IMG/VR virus record: IMGVR_UViG_3300048672_000524
Coordinates: 64,001-103,964 of that record
DNA length: 39,964 bases
Direction: 5' to 3' (one strand)
Origin: a virus
Lineage: Duplodnaviria > Heunggongvirae > Uroviricota > Caudoviricetes
Shown piece by piece: positions 23,970 through 32,568 of this stretch. The notes under the pieces were generated by a model, which made no database searches, was not told the DNA's origin, and was given only the letters and a program-made list of their open reading frames with translations. How positions within the stretch are numbered: position 1 is the first letter of the stretch; the number at the start of each line of letters is the position of its first letter. Both the position numbers and the translations under genes were made by a program.

Positions 23970-26900
23970 TGGCAACACCAGTAAATACACGTGATCTAAT
24001 TTTAGAAAACGTAAATAGAGCTCGTTTTACTCGTAATCCTAAGACGTTTGTTGGTACCTCATATCCTTGGACTAACTTATTTACTAGTCCTGCTAGTCCT
24101 ACTACTACAGCATTAAATGTTAGTAGTCCTGGGTTACTTGACCCATACGGTACTGTTGCTAAACTGTATGTGCCAACTGCTGTAAATACTACGCACTTAC
24201 TAGCTCCTATTACTTCTACTGGTACTATAGTATCAGGACAAGTATATGAAACAACAGTATACGTTAAAGATGATGGTTCTGGTTTATATAGGCTAGGCAT
24301 TGCTATGCAGGCAGCTAATGCTGGAGGTACCTTAACTAGTTGGCTCCAGTATATTATTGATCCTGTAACTGGTACTTCACCATCTTCAACAAAAAATGTA
24401 GGATGGTCTAATTGGTCCGTAAGTATTGCAGGTATCGGTGCAGGCTGGTGGAAGGTATCTATTTTAGGTACTTTTACCCCTACTCAGTCAGAAGTTACAA
24501 TGAAGGTATATATAGACCTACATGATTCTGCTAACGCCTCTACATTTACTGGTACTGGTATTAACGGTTTATACCTATTTGGTCCGCAGACTTACGTTAA
24601 TAGTCAACCAGATGAAATGATCGGTGATCAGTTTGTAGATTCTACAAATACTACTTATCGTTGGAATGGTTGGGGCTGGTACGCTGCTAGTGGTTCTGCT
24701 AAGACTATTTCACTAACTAATGATAAGCAAGTATTTACATATGACGGTACCGGAGCAGTAGCTCCTGCAGGTCAGTACGTAACATTTAATGTTCAGAAGC
24801 AGAATACTACCGCTACAGTCACTTGGTCAACCGCACCCGCAGTTACACTTTATACTGCTAGTACTGGCGGTTCGACTACTACTACCGGCGATACTGTATA
24901 CATGCGTATTGCCGACTTTGGCGCAAATACTTCTGTTCAAGTTACTGCGTCAATTACTGATAGTGTAACAATCACTGACACTACCACTATTGTTAAGCTT
25001 CAAAATGGTAGTGCTGGCACAAGTGGAACTACTCCAGTAGTAGGATTTTTAACTAATGAAGCTGCGTTAGTATCAGCAGCTAGTGATGGTACAGGATACG
25101 TACTTACTAGCTCTGGTGGTACCTTTAAGACCTATAGCGGTACTACCGATGTAACTACCTCTGCTACCTATGGCGTAAATACTATAGGTAATGCTACAGC
25201 TACACAGAATGGTTTAGCCATTACTATAAATACCGCAACCGGTGTTTATAGCCTAGCAGGTACTTGGACTACAGATACAGAATCCTTTACACTATTAAGT
25301 TTATACAATGGTGTAACTAATACTAAGATTTATAAAATTAGTAAGGCTAAGGCTGGTACACAGGGTACACAGGGTACACAGGGTACACAGGGTATTCAGG
25401 GTGTCCAAGGTCCCTCAGTAGTAGTAACTTCTAATAGAGCAGCCTCCTTTACTAGTACTGCTACAACATTAGACGGAGCCCAAGCAGACATTATACTTAC
25501 TGCTAGCATATTTGGTATTACTTCACCTACATATGCTTGGACATTTAGTGGTTTTCAGTCCTCCCCTACTAATAGCGGAACTTCTAGTCAAACTATTACA
25601 GCTGCTCAATTTGGTACCTCTTCATCAGCTATAGTTACTTGTACAGTTAATGGTACTTATGTAGATAAAATAACTATAGTAAGATTAGATATAGGAGCAA
25701 TCTGGGGTTCTAATATTACTGGGAAACCTGGTACCGATAACCAAATGGTTCGAAACCTGATCGACGCTTCTGTGTGGGCTGTTGGACACACAGGCTCGTA
25801 CCCACTGTTCCCTGAGAACGGCGTATCTACTGGTGGTCTGAACTCAATCGTGCTGGGCGTCGCACCTGATGGCATTCAGCGCCAGTTGTGGAAGGCAGTC
25901 GCTGGCTCTGCTGCTGGCTCTGCTGGTGAGGGCGGCTGGGACTCCACATCGAACACGCCAGTCGATACCTCCAAGGGGTACCGATTCAGCACGTGGATCA
26001 AGATGTCTAACGGCACGACTGGCTCTGTGTACCTTGGTCTGGCATCAAGTGCAGCAGTCGCGTACACCGACACGCCCGGAATCTCTGATGGGAACCCATA
26101 CTTTGTCTCTCAACTACGCTCAGTATTCATTCAGGATCGTTGGTACCTGTTCGTTGGTTACGTGCTGCCGTACGGTACAAGCGACGGCATTCAGCACAAC
26201 TATTCTGGTGTGTACGACGGTGTCACTGGTCAGAAGGTCGCTGTTGGCTCAGACTTCGTGTTCCAGGCGAACACCACAGGATGGATCGGTCTTCGCACGT
26301 ACCAGTACTACACAAACGGTGCTGGCACGACGCAGCACTGGTGGGGTCCTCGCCTCGAACTGTGCGACGGATCAGAACCAACTGTTCAGCAACTCCTGGC
26401 ACCTGCGATTCAGTCGCAAGTTCAAGCGCTCGACACGACTCGTCTCGTGAACAACTACCCGACTGTCATCACAGTTGTGGGTAACACGATCACGAAGTCG
26501 GCTGGTGCGAACGCTTGGGATGCTGGTGTGTTCAGCACGGACTCGTTCACTGGCGGTTGCTACGTCTCGTGGACTGCTCCGAATGCCGGTACTGCCCTAC
26601 CATCGAACTTTATGGTCGGTCTGAATACTGCTTCAGACATATCCGATCCAGGGTACGCAACGCTAGACTGGGCAATCCAGTGCGTTGGCTCGAATCTCGA
26701 ATGCTATGAAAGCAGTAACTACCGTGGCTCTCTAGGCACGTTCGTGAATACTGACGTTCTCGCAGTCACGTATGATGGCTCGAAGGTTCAGTACCTGAAG
26801 AATGGTTCTGTACTTCGCATCGTCGATGCTGCTATCACTGAACGTCTATTCCTTGATACTACACTGAACGATATTGGTTCGAAAATCGCAAATATTCAAT

Positions 26901-27622
26901 TCGGTCCGATGACTTCTGTCGCTGGTCAGGGCTCGCTCTCGCTGGTGAACGATGGTGGTATGGCAGTTGTGAATAACTCTGCAACGAAGGTCGCTGCTAC
27001 ATCTGCTTGGGACTCAGCGTTCCACTCGAAGGACTCGTACACAGGCGGTGCGTATGTCTCGTTCGTTCCTGCTCAGGCTACTCGCGCACTGATGGTTGGT
27101 CTGAATACTGATCCATTAAACACCAACGATTGGAATCCACTAGACTACTCCGTGTACTGCACGTCATCTGGCCAGATCCACGCCGCTGAGAGTGGGGGCC
27201 TATACTACTTGGGTACGTACGCTGTTGGCGATGTACTTGCAATTACGTACGACGGTTCGTACATTCGGTACTACCAGAACGGCACAGTCGTTCGTGGTCC
27301 GAACGCAGTCACGATCACTGCTCCGCTGTTCGTCGATTCGTCGTTCGCTGACACTGGCGGCAAGGTCACTAACATTCAGTTTGGCCCAATGTCCAGTAAT
27401 AATTGGTCAGCGATTGGTGGTGCCCAAAAGCCAGAAAATAATGCTACTTACGGAGCTAACTCTACAAATATTACTTCAATTGGAGTAACTCCAGTATCTA
27501 ACGCCGTTAATAATGGGACAGCTAGTGGTAACAGAGTAGTTATTGATAATACCTCTAATGGTAGAATTATGATTTATGATTCATCTAACGCGCTTCGTGT
27601 AAAAATAGGATATTTAGTATAA
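23969..27622 (+). CDS. central tail fibre / host-specificity protein, multi-domain
   Basis: Beta-rich sugar-binding-like modules, collagen-like GXQ run, gpJ-type C-terminus 'GRIMIYDSSNALRVKIGYL'. Confidence 0.8.
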   Translation: MATPVNTRDLILENVNRARFTRNPKTFVGTSYPWTNLFTSPASPTTTALNVSSPGLLDPYGTVAKLYVPTAVNTTHLLAPITSTGTIVSGQVYETTVYVKDDGSGLYRLGIAMQAANAGGTLTSWLQYIIDPVTGTSPSSTKNVGWSNWSVSIAGIGAGWWKVSILGTFTPTQSEVTMKVYIDLHDSANASTFTGTGINGLYLFGPQTYVNSQPDEMIGDQFVDSTNTTYRWNGWGWYAASGSAKTISLTNDKQVFTYDGTGAVAPAGQYVTFNVQKQNTTATVTWSTAPAVTLYTASTGGSTTTTGDTVYMRIADFGANTSVQVTASITDSVTITDTTTIVKLQNGSAGTSGTTPVVGFLTNEAALVSAASDGTGYVLTSSGGTFKTYSGTTDVTTSATYGVNTIGNATATQNGLAITINTATGVYSLAGTWTTDTESFTLLSLYNGVTNTKIYKISKAKAGTQGTQGTQGTQGIQGVQGPSVVVTSNRAASFTSTATTLDGAQADIILTASIFGITSPTYAWTFSGFQSSPTNSGTSSQTITAAQFGTSSSAIVTCTVNGTYVDKITIVRLDIGAIWGSNITGKPGTDNQMVRNLIDASVWAVGHTGSYPLFPENGVSTGGLNSIVLGVAPDGIQRQLWKAVAGSAAGSAGEGGWDSTSNTPVDTSKGYRFSTWIKMSNGTTGSVYLGLASSAAVAYTDTPGISDGNPYFVSQLRSVFIQDRWYLFVGYVLPYGTSDGIQHNYSGVYDGVTGQKVAVGSDFVFQANTTGWIGLRTYQYYTNGAGTTQHWWGPRLELCDGSEPTVQQLLAPAIQSQVQALDTTRLVNNYPTVITVVGNTITKSAGANAWDAGVFSTDSFTGGCYVSWTAPNAGTALPSNFMVGLNTASDISDPGYATLDWAIQCVGSNLECYESSNYRGSLGTFVNTDVLAVTYDGSKVQYLKNGSVLRIVDAAITERLFLDTTLNDIGSKIANIQFGPMTSVAGQGSLSLVNDGGMAVVNNSATKVAATSAWDSAFHSKDSYTGGAYVSFVPAQATRALMVGLNTDPLNTNDWNPLDYSVYCTSSGQIHAAESGGLYYLGTYAVGDVLAITYDGSYIRYYQNGTVVRGPNAVTITAPLFVDSSFADTGGKVTNIQFGPMSSNNWSAIGGAQKPENNATYGANSTNITSIGVTPVSNAVNNGTASGNRVVIDNTSNGRIMIYDSSNALRVKIGYLV
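25355..25414 (+). repeat. 9-nt tandem repeat (GGTACACAG x4 plus degenerate copies) encoding a collagen-like G-X-Q run
   Basis: GTQ-GTQ-GTQ-GTQ-GIQ-GVQ-GP. Confidence 0.9.
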
Positions 27623-29436
27623 TGGAAACATATGGGCTCGCAGTATACAGCTCCAGTGGGGTAAGTATATTAAATAATAGTAATACTGTAAACTCTTTAT
27701 TTGTAGAAAAATTAGTAGTTAATACTGCAGGTACTGGAGGTACGTTTACAAGAACATATCCAAATATACCTAATGGATCCTATTTAGTAGTTCAACAAAC
27801 TGGTCAATCTTTTCATAGTTATACAATTGGTACTAATGGTAGTGGTCAGGCTACCATTAGTTTTACTGCGTATTCAGCTGGAGTCGCTGCAGATAGTACA
27901 TTTTTAATATTTACTAAATATGTAGTTGAACCAGATTATGGATTTAGTTTTATCAATAGTAGCGGTGTAAAGATAGCCTCTTCAGAATACGCTACTCCAG
28001 AATACCTAGGTCAAGTATCCTCATTCTCTTACGCTGGTAGTGTTACCTCAGGTTCATATATAGGATACATTTTCATAGGTAATATAAGCGTAGCGCAACA
28101 TAATTATATGTTAGCCTGGGCTTTACCATTAAATACTTCTGCTAATATATGGTACCAAGTAGATAGTTACGTATACTCTAATATGTCAGCTAGCGCTACT
28201 TTTACAGTATGGGCCTTAAATACTGTAACTAACTTCCCATTACCAGTAGCTATAGTGTATAAAGTCCCTCCTTTACACAATGGAGTTAGTTTTAGTGGTA
28301 CTACTAGTGGTATACAGTTATTTGACTCAAATGGTAGTTTAACATTTGATTCCTCATTTATACCTTTAAATATATTTAGTATTTATACAGATGTATCCTA
28401 TACAGCTACTGGAGGAAATGCTCTAGGAAGTTGGGGAGTAAATACTAATAATTATACAGGAGTTAGTTTTACTCCTGCTATAGTTTTCCCAGATTCTTAT
28501 ATTTCTGCAGGATATGGGTCAGGGTTATATAGACTGGCATACGCTGCTAGTACCAGTGGTAGTACCTATAGTTTAAAGTATACTGCTGCTGGGGCTAATG
28601 GTACTTCTAGCACATACTCATTTATAGGTACTACATTTAGTAATTTATCAATTACTATGGTAGATACTTCTCAGCAAGGCGGTACACCTACTTTTGGTAG
28701 TTACACAGTGCCTTATACTCCTACTCAACGAGTATTTACTTCAGGAACTAATACCTTTACCGTACCAACTGGTTGTACTTCATTAAATGTACTTTTAGTG
28801 GGTGGCGGGGGTAATGGTGGAACCTCTACATACACCTCGGGTACTACAGGAGGTGGTGGAGCAGGTTCTGGTGGTCAAGTACTTAACTATACTGCATACT
28901 CTGTTACAGCAGGACAAACTATAACTTGTACTGTAGGAACAGCAGGAGGTAGTACTATCATTAGTGGTGGTAATAGTGGTACTATTACAGCTAATGGAGG
29001 TTCTGCAGGTGGTAATATTGCTACTGCTGGTAGTTCTGGTGCTTCTGCTTCTGCATTACAAAATGGTGTTAATACAGATCCTACTACATCTTATGGAGCC
29101 GGTTCTAATAGTACCACTGGAGCAGGTGGCGCAGGCGGCTCTGGGGGAGCGGGTAGCGCGGCTTCAAGTGGTACTGCTGGTGGTACCGGTGGTATAGGTG
29201 TATCAGTTACTATTAATGGTACTACGTATAATGTAGGTGGTGGTGGTGGTGGTGGTTCCGCTGGTAGTGGTGGTACTGCTTCCTACGGTGGTGGTGCTGG
29301 CGGTAACTTAATGAATATAGGAGCTAATGCTACTGCTAATACAGGTGGTGGTGGTGGTGGTGCTGGGGGTAGGTTAGTTTCTGGTGGTAACTCCGGAGGC
29401 TCTGGGGCTTCTGGTATTATAGTTTGTTATGGATAA
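27622..29436 (+). CDS. tail-tip accessory protein fused to a glycine-rich domain
   Basis: Three 'YG(L/F)...SSG / IQLFDSNG' modules at the N-terminus; C-terminal 'VLLVGGGGNGG...GGGGAGSGG...ANTGGGGGG...GSGASGIIV' Gly-rich domain. Confidence 0.65.
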   Translation: METYGLAVYSSSGVSILNNSNTVNSLFVEKLVVNTAGTGGTFTRTYPNIPNGSYLVVQQTGQSFHSYTIGTNGSGQATISFTAYSAGVAADSTFLIFTKYVVEPDYGFSFINSSGVKIASSEYATPEYLGQVSSFSYAGSVTSGSYIGYIFIGNISVAQHNYMLAWALPLNTSANIWYQVDSYVYSNMSASATFTVWALNTVTNFPLPVAIVYKVPPLHNGVSFSGTTSGIQLFDSNGSLTFDSSFIPLNIFSIYTDVSYTATGGNALGSWGVNTNNYTGVSFTPAIVFPDSYISAGYGSGLYRLAYAASTSGSTYSLKYTAAGANGTSSTYSFIGTTFSNLSITMVDTSQQGGTPTFGSYTVPYTPTQRVFTSGTNTFTVPTGCTSLNVLLVGGGGNGGTSTYTSGTTGGGGAGSGGQVLNYTAYSVTAGQTITCTVGTAGGSTIISGGNSGTITANGGSAGGNIATAGSSGASASALQNGVNTDPTTSYGAGSNSTTGAGGAGGSGGAGSAASSGTAGGTGGIGVSVTINGTTYNVGGGGGGGSAGSGGTASYGGGAGGNLMNIGANATANTGGGGGGAGGRLVSGGNSGGSGASGIIVCYG

Positions 29437-29439
29437 TTT

Positions 29440-30012
29440 ATGGCAATAATTAAAATGTTTGAAACTCCTCAAGGAGTAGATGCTAAGTATCATAAAATAA
29501 TTAAAGCAGAGATTATTATTTCTGAACTAGTTATCCGAGTGGTAGTAGCTATTTATGCATCGTCAGTAGCTAGAGACGCAGGTAAGTCAGTACTATGGCA
29601 TGAATATGTAGATATTCCCTTTAGTGCCCTAACACAGGATCCTCGTGATCTGCTTTACCCTATGGTGGCTGCCTTCGGTAGCAGTTATTTACATGCTGGA
29701 CAGGCTGATGCTGAAGGTTCAGGGGCACCTGGTAACTTTAATATTAGCCTAAAACCAGAGGCTATGGTAGCTCCTGTTGTACTAGAGCATCCAGCAGGGC
29801 CTACTCCCGAAGAGGCTGCTATGGTTGATATGGGACCGCAACTTCCTATAGTAGAAACACCTATAGTAGATGCTACTCCTATCAATGATGCTCCAGTTTT
29901 ACCTATTATTGAATTTAATCCGGTAGAATCGCCTCCAGCTCCATCTACTCCAATTGACCCAGAAACGGGGCTACCTTATGTAGCCCCCGTTTTAGACCCT
30001 TTAAAGGTATAA
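29440..30012 (+). CDS. fibre-associated/chaperone-like protein with a Pro/acidic C-terminal tail
   Basis: Follows a fibre gene; last ~75 aa rich in P/E/D/V. Confidence 0.5.
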   Translation: MAIIKMFETPQGVDAKYHKIIKAEIIISELVIRVVVAIYASSVARDAGKSVLWHEYVDIPFSALTQDPRDLLYPMVAAFGSSYLHAGQADAEGSGAPGNFNISLKPEAMVAPVVLEHPAGPTPEEAAMVDMGPQLPIVETPIVDATPINDAPVLPIIEFNPVESPPAPSTPIDPETGLPYVAPVLDPLKV

Positions 30013-30015
30013 TTT

Positions 30016-31143
30016 ATGGCATTTAAATACGCCGAACGAGTGATTGATACCACCGATACTTCGGGTACTGGTACAATAACCTTAAATAATACAGTAATTG
30101 TTGGATATAAGTTATTTGGAAGTGTACTATCAGTCAACGATAGTACCTCATACTGTATAGAAGATCCTACTAATGGAGATTGGGAAGTTGGTGTAGGTAC
30201 ACTTACTTCTTCAACTACTTTTACTAGAAATAGTGTAATATCTAGTTCTAATGCTAATACTTTAGTTAATTTTACATCTAACAACAAAAATGTAACTTTA
30301 GTATACCCAGGTTCTAGAGTTCTAATAGGAACAGGTTCTGGAGGTACCGCTACTCCAGCTGGTACTTGTGAACTATTTGGAAAGAGTCAGGGTGGCAGAC
30401 TTATGCCTGCTTTCGTGGGTCCTAGTGGGCTCGATTCAGTACTCCAGCCCCATATGGCTAAGAATGGCTGGGCACAGTGGAAACCTGCTGGCAATAGCAC
30501 CACCATCTCGGCCATTGGTGCTGCGGCTCTTTCTGCGACTGGTACAGCTACTGCTAAGAACTATGCAACTACTAGCCTGCATACTAGAACAACGGGCATT
30601 GATTACCTTGTAACTACCGCTGCCACTACAGCGGTAGCCGGCTACCGTGCTACAACGGCCATTTACCGCGTTGTTGACGGCTTCCATATGATCTTCCGTG
30701 TAGCACCAGCCACGGGTAGTACAGTAGTCACTGGGCGCTTCTTCTGTGGTATGAGCACTAGCACGGCGGCCCCGACTGATGTTGACCCAAGTACACTTAC
30801 CAATAGCGTGGGCGTGGGTTACGCCAAAGGCACCGACACCAACTGGCAGGTATATTTCGGTGGCACGGCGGTGGCCAAGGTGAATACTGGTATGGTGGTA
30901 CCTGCCGCCGACCGTACTGGACCGTACACCGTCATCATCTTTGTGCCGCCTGGTGGTTCATACATCGGCGTTAAGCTAGTGGACGAGACCACTGGGGTGA
31001 GCTTCGAGACCACCACCACCACCAGCACCAACATGATGGCAGCAACCACCGCCAGTGGCCCACGTGGCTACCATTCGGTAGGCGGAACATCGAGTGTAGT
31101 TGGTCTGACGCTGTTCTCAGGGTATATAGAATCAGATAATTAA
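30016..31143 (+). CDS. side-fibre / adhesin with an N-terminal anchor domain
   Basis: N-terminal 'AERVIDTTDTSGTGTITL...DWEVGVGT...RNSVISSSN...VNF' anchor motif; C-terminal beta-rich domain of different DNA composition. Confidence 0.65.
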   Translation: MAFKYAERVIDTTDTSGTGTITLNNTVIVGYKLFGSVLSVNDSTSYCIEDPTNGDWEVGVGTLTSSTTFTRNSVISSSNANTLVNFTSNNKNVTLVYPGSRVLIGTGSGGTATPAGTCELFGKSQGGRLMPAFVGPSGLDSVLQPHMAKNGWAQWKPAGNSTTISAIGAAALSATGTATAKNYATTSLHTRTTGIDYLVTTAATTAVAGYRATTAIYRVVDGFHMIFRVAPATGSTVVTGRFFCGMSTSTAAPTDVDPSTLTNSVGVGYAKGTDTNWQVYFGGTAVAKVNTGMVVPAADRTGPYTVIIFVPPGGSYIGVKLVDETTGVSFETTTTTSTNMMAATTASGPRGYHSVGGTSSVVGLTLFSGYIESDN

Positions 31144-31151
31144 GGATTTGT

Positions 31152-31538
31152 ATGTATACAGTAATACCTGAAAAAGGTGTAGTAGTACGAAATACCGATG
31201 GTGTAGTTATTTCTCCTTGCCAGTCATATACTGATGAAGCTTACGTAGAGTATACTACTTGGGTGTTAGCGGGCAATACTCCTAGTATTCAGCATTATGA
31301 AGCACCTATTGTTCCAACCTCTGTAACGCCTAGACAGATAAGATTAGCTCTTAATATTCTAGGTATTAGAAATACTGTCGAAGAAGCAGTTAGTGTAGCT
31401 AGTCAAGATATTAAAGATACTTGGAATTACAGCACTGAAATAGACCGCAACAATCCACTAATAGCTGGAATGGCTAATACACTAGGATTAGCTGAAGCGC
31501 AAGTGGACTCTCTATTCATCTTAGCTTCGGGACTATAA
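31152..31538 (+). CDS. tail fibre assembly/chaperone-like protein
   Basis: 'VTPRQIRLAL...W.YSTEIDRNNPLI..MA..LGL...QVD.LF..A' motif, typical directly after fibre genes. Confidence 0.6.
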   Translation: MYTVIPEKGVVVRNTDGVVISPCQSYTDEAYVEYTTWVLAGNTPSIQHYEAPIVPTSVTPRQIRLALNILGIRNTVEEAVSVASQDIKDTWNYSTEIDRNNPLIAGMANTLGLAEAQVDSLFILASGL

Positions 31539-31554
31539 ATATACCTAGCTAAAT

Positions 31555-31590
31555 TTTATACTTGACATACTTTAATATGTCAAGTATAAT
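31555..31590. promoter_or_regulatory. palindromic bidirectional sigma70 promoter
   Basis: + strand TTGACA(31562)-17-TATAAT(31585); - strand TTGACA(31583-31578)-17-TATAAA(31560-31555); perfect 14-bp inverted repeat 31556-31569 / 31576-31589. Confidence 0.8.
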
Positions 31591-31624
31591 TAAGCATACG
31601 AAAATATGTACTGGATAATGGTAT

Positions 31625-32566
31625 ATGGCTACAAATAATTTAAGAATAATCTATAATAATATAGTAGATTTGTCCACTACTACTTTAAGTGCATCTACTA
31701 CTCAAAATGCAACTAATACTCCTGTAACTAGTTTAGCTAAAGACACAAAATCTTTAGTATGGAGATCAGCAGCTACAACCGCAGCAAGTACCGCCGTAAC
31801 GGCGATGCTTGCTGTATCTTTTGCAAGTACTATTATAGGTGGTGTAGTACTACCTTTCACTAATATAAATTCAAATACTGCTACTATCAGAGTAATTGGA
31901 TACACTGGTACTGCAGCTTCAGTTGGTGGTACAGCGGATACGCCAACGTTTACAGCGGGTACTACACAAGTATTTGATACTGGTAATATACAAGCGTGTC
32001 CATGGAATACTTTAGCACTACCTAATTGGAATAGTAATCCGGTAGGAGCTTCAAGTTACTCGTATGGTGGCGGAACGTACTTACGAGTATGGTTAACACC
32101 TGGTCAGCAAGTAGCATGTACTAGTATAGTAATAGTAATTACGGATAATTATAGTACTTCGGCAGCAGGTAGGTACATCGAAGCATCTAGACTAGTTATA
32201 GGTGGGTACTGGTCACCTAAGTATAACACTGGCTATGGTTTAAGTGGTACTATAAAAGATTTAAGTACTCATGAAAGGTCAGAGGCAGGAGATTTAGTAT
32301 CTCGTAGAGCTCCTAGATTTAATTCATTATCATTTGATTTAAAATGGTTAGATGTTAGTGACCGTGTACAGATGACTAAGATATTATTAGGTAATGGGCT
32401 GCCTAGACCTATGCTAGTTAGCTTATTTCCTGATAATACAGGTACTGCTACTGATTATGAAAAAGAAAGAGCTCACCAAATATACGGTAAGTTAGTTACT
32501 CTACCAGGTGTTACATTAGATACACCTTTTACATATAGTACACAGTTTGACATAGAGGAAGTTTAA
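31625..32566 (+). CDS. distal-tail (Dit)-like protein with an N-terminal discoidin/CBM-like domain
   Basis: 'KSLVWRS' N-domain; C-terminal 'DLSTHERSEAGDL...RFNSLSFDLKWL...QFDIEEV' Dit-like pattern. Confidence 0.6.
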   Translation: MATNNLRIIYNNIVDLSTTTLSASTTQNATNTPVTSLAKDTKSLVWRSAATTAASTAVTAMLAVSFASTIIGGVVLPFTNINSNTATIRVIGYTGTAASVGGTADTPTFTAGTTQVFDTGNIQACPWNTLALPNWNSNPVGASSYSYGGGTYLRVWLTPGQQVACTSIVIVITDNYSTSAAGRYIEASRLVIGGYWSPKYNTGYGLSGTIKDLSTHERSEAGDLVSRRAPRFNSLSFDLKWLDVSDRVQMTKILLGNGLPRPMLVSLFPDNTGTATDYEKERAHQIYGKLVTLPGVTLDTPFTYSTQFDIEEV

Positions 32567-32568
32567 CT

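Noticed and set aside
28780-29436. PE-PGRS-like or collagen gene of host origin
   Set aside because: No PE domain; native phage codon style; fits the Gly-rich domains common in phage tail proteins
23969-31143. Diversity-generating retroelement or invertible fibre shufflon
   Set aside because: No reverse transcriptase, no near-identical TR/VR pair differing at adenines, no recombinase or inverted crossover sites seen; the duplicated fibre domains are diverged at all base types
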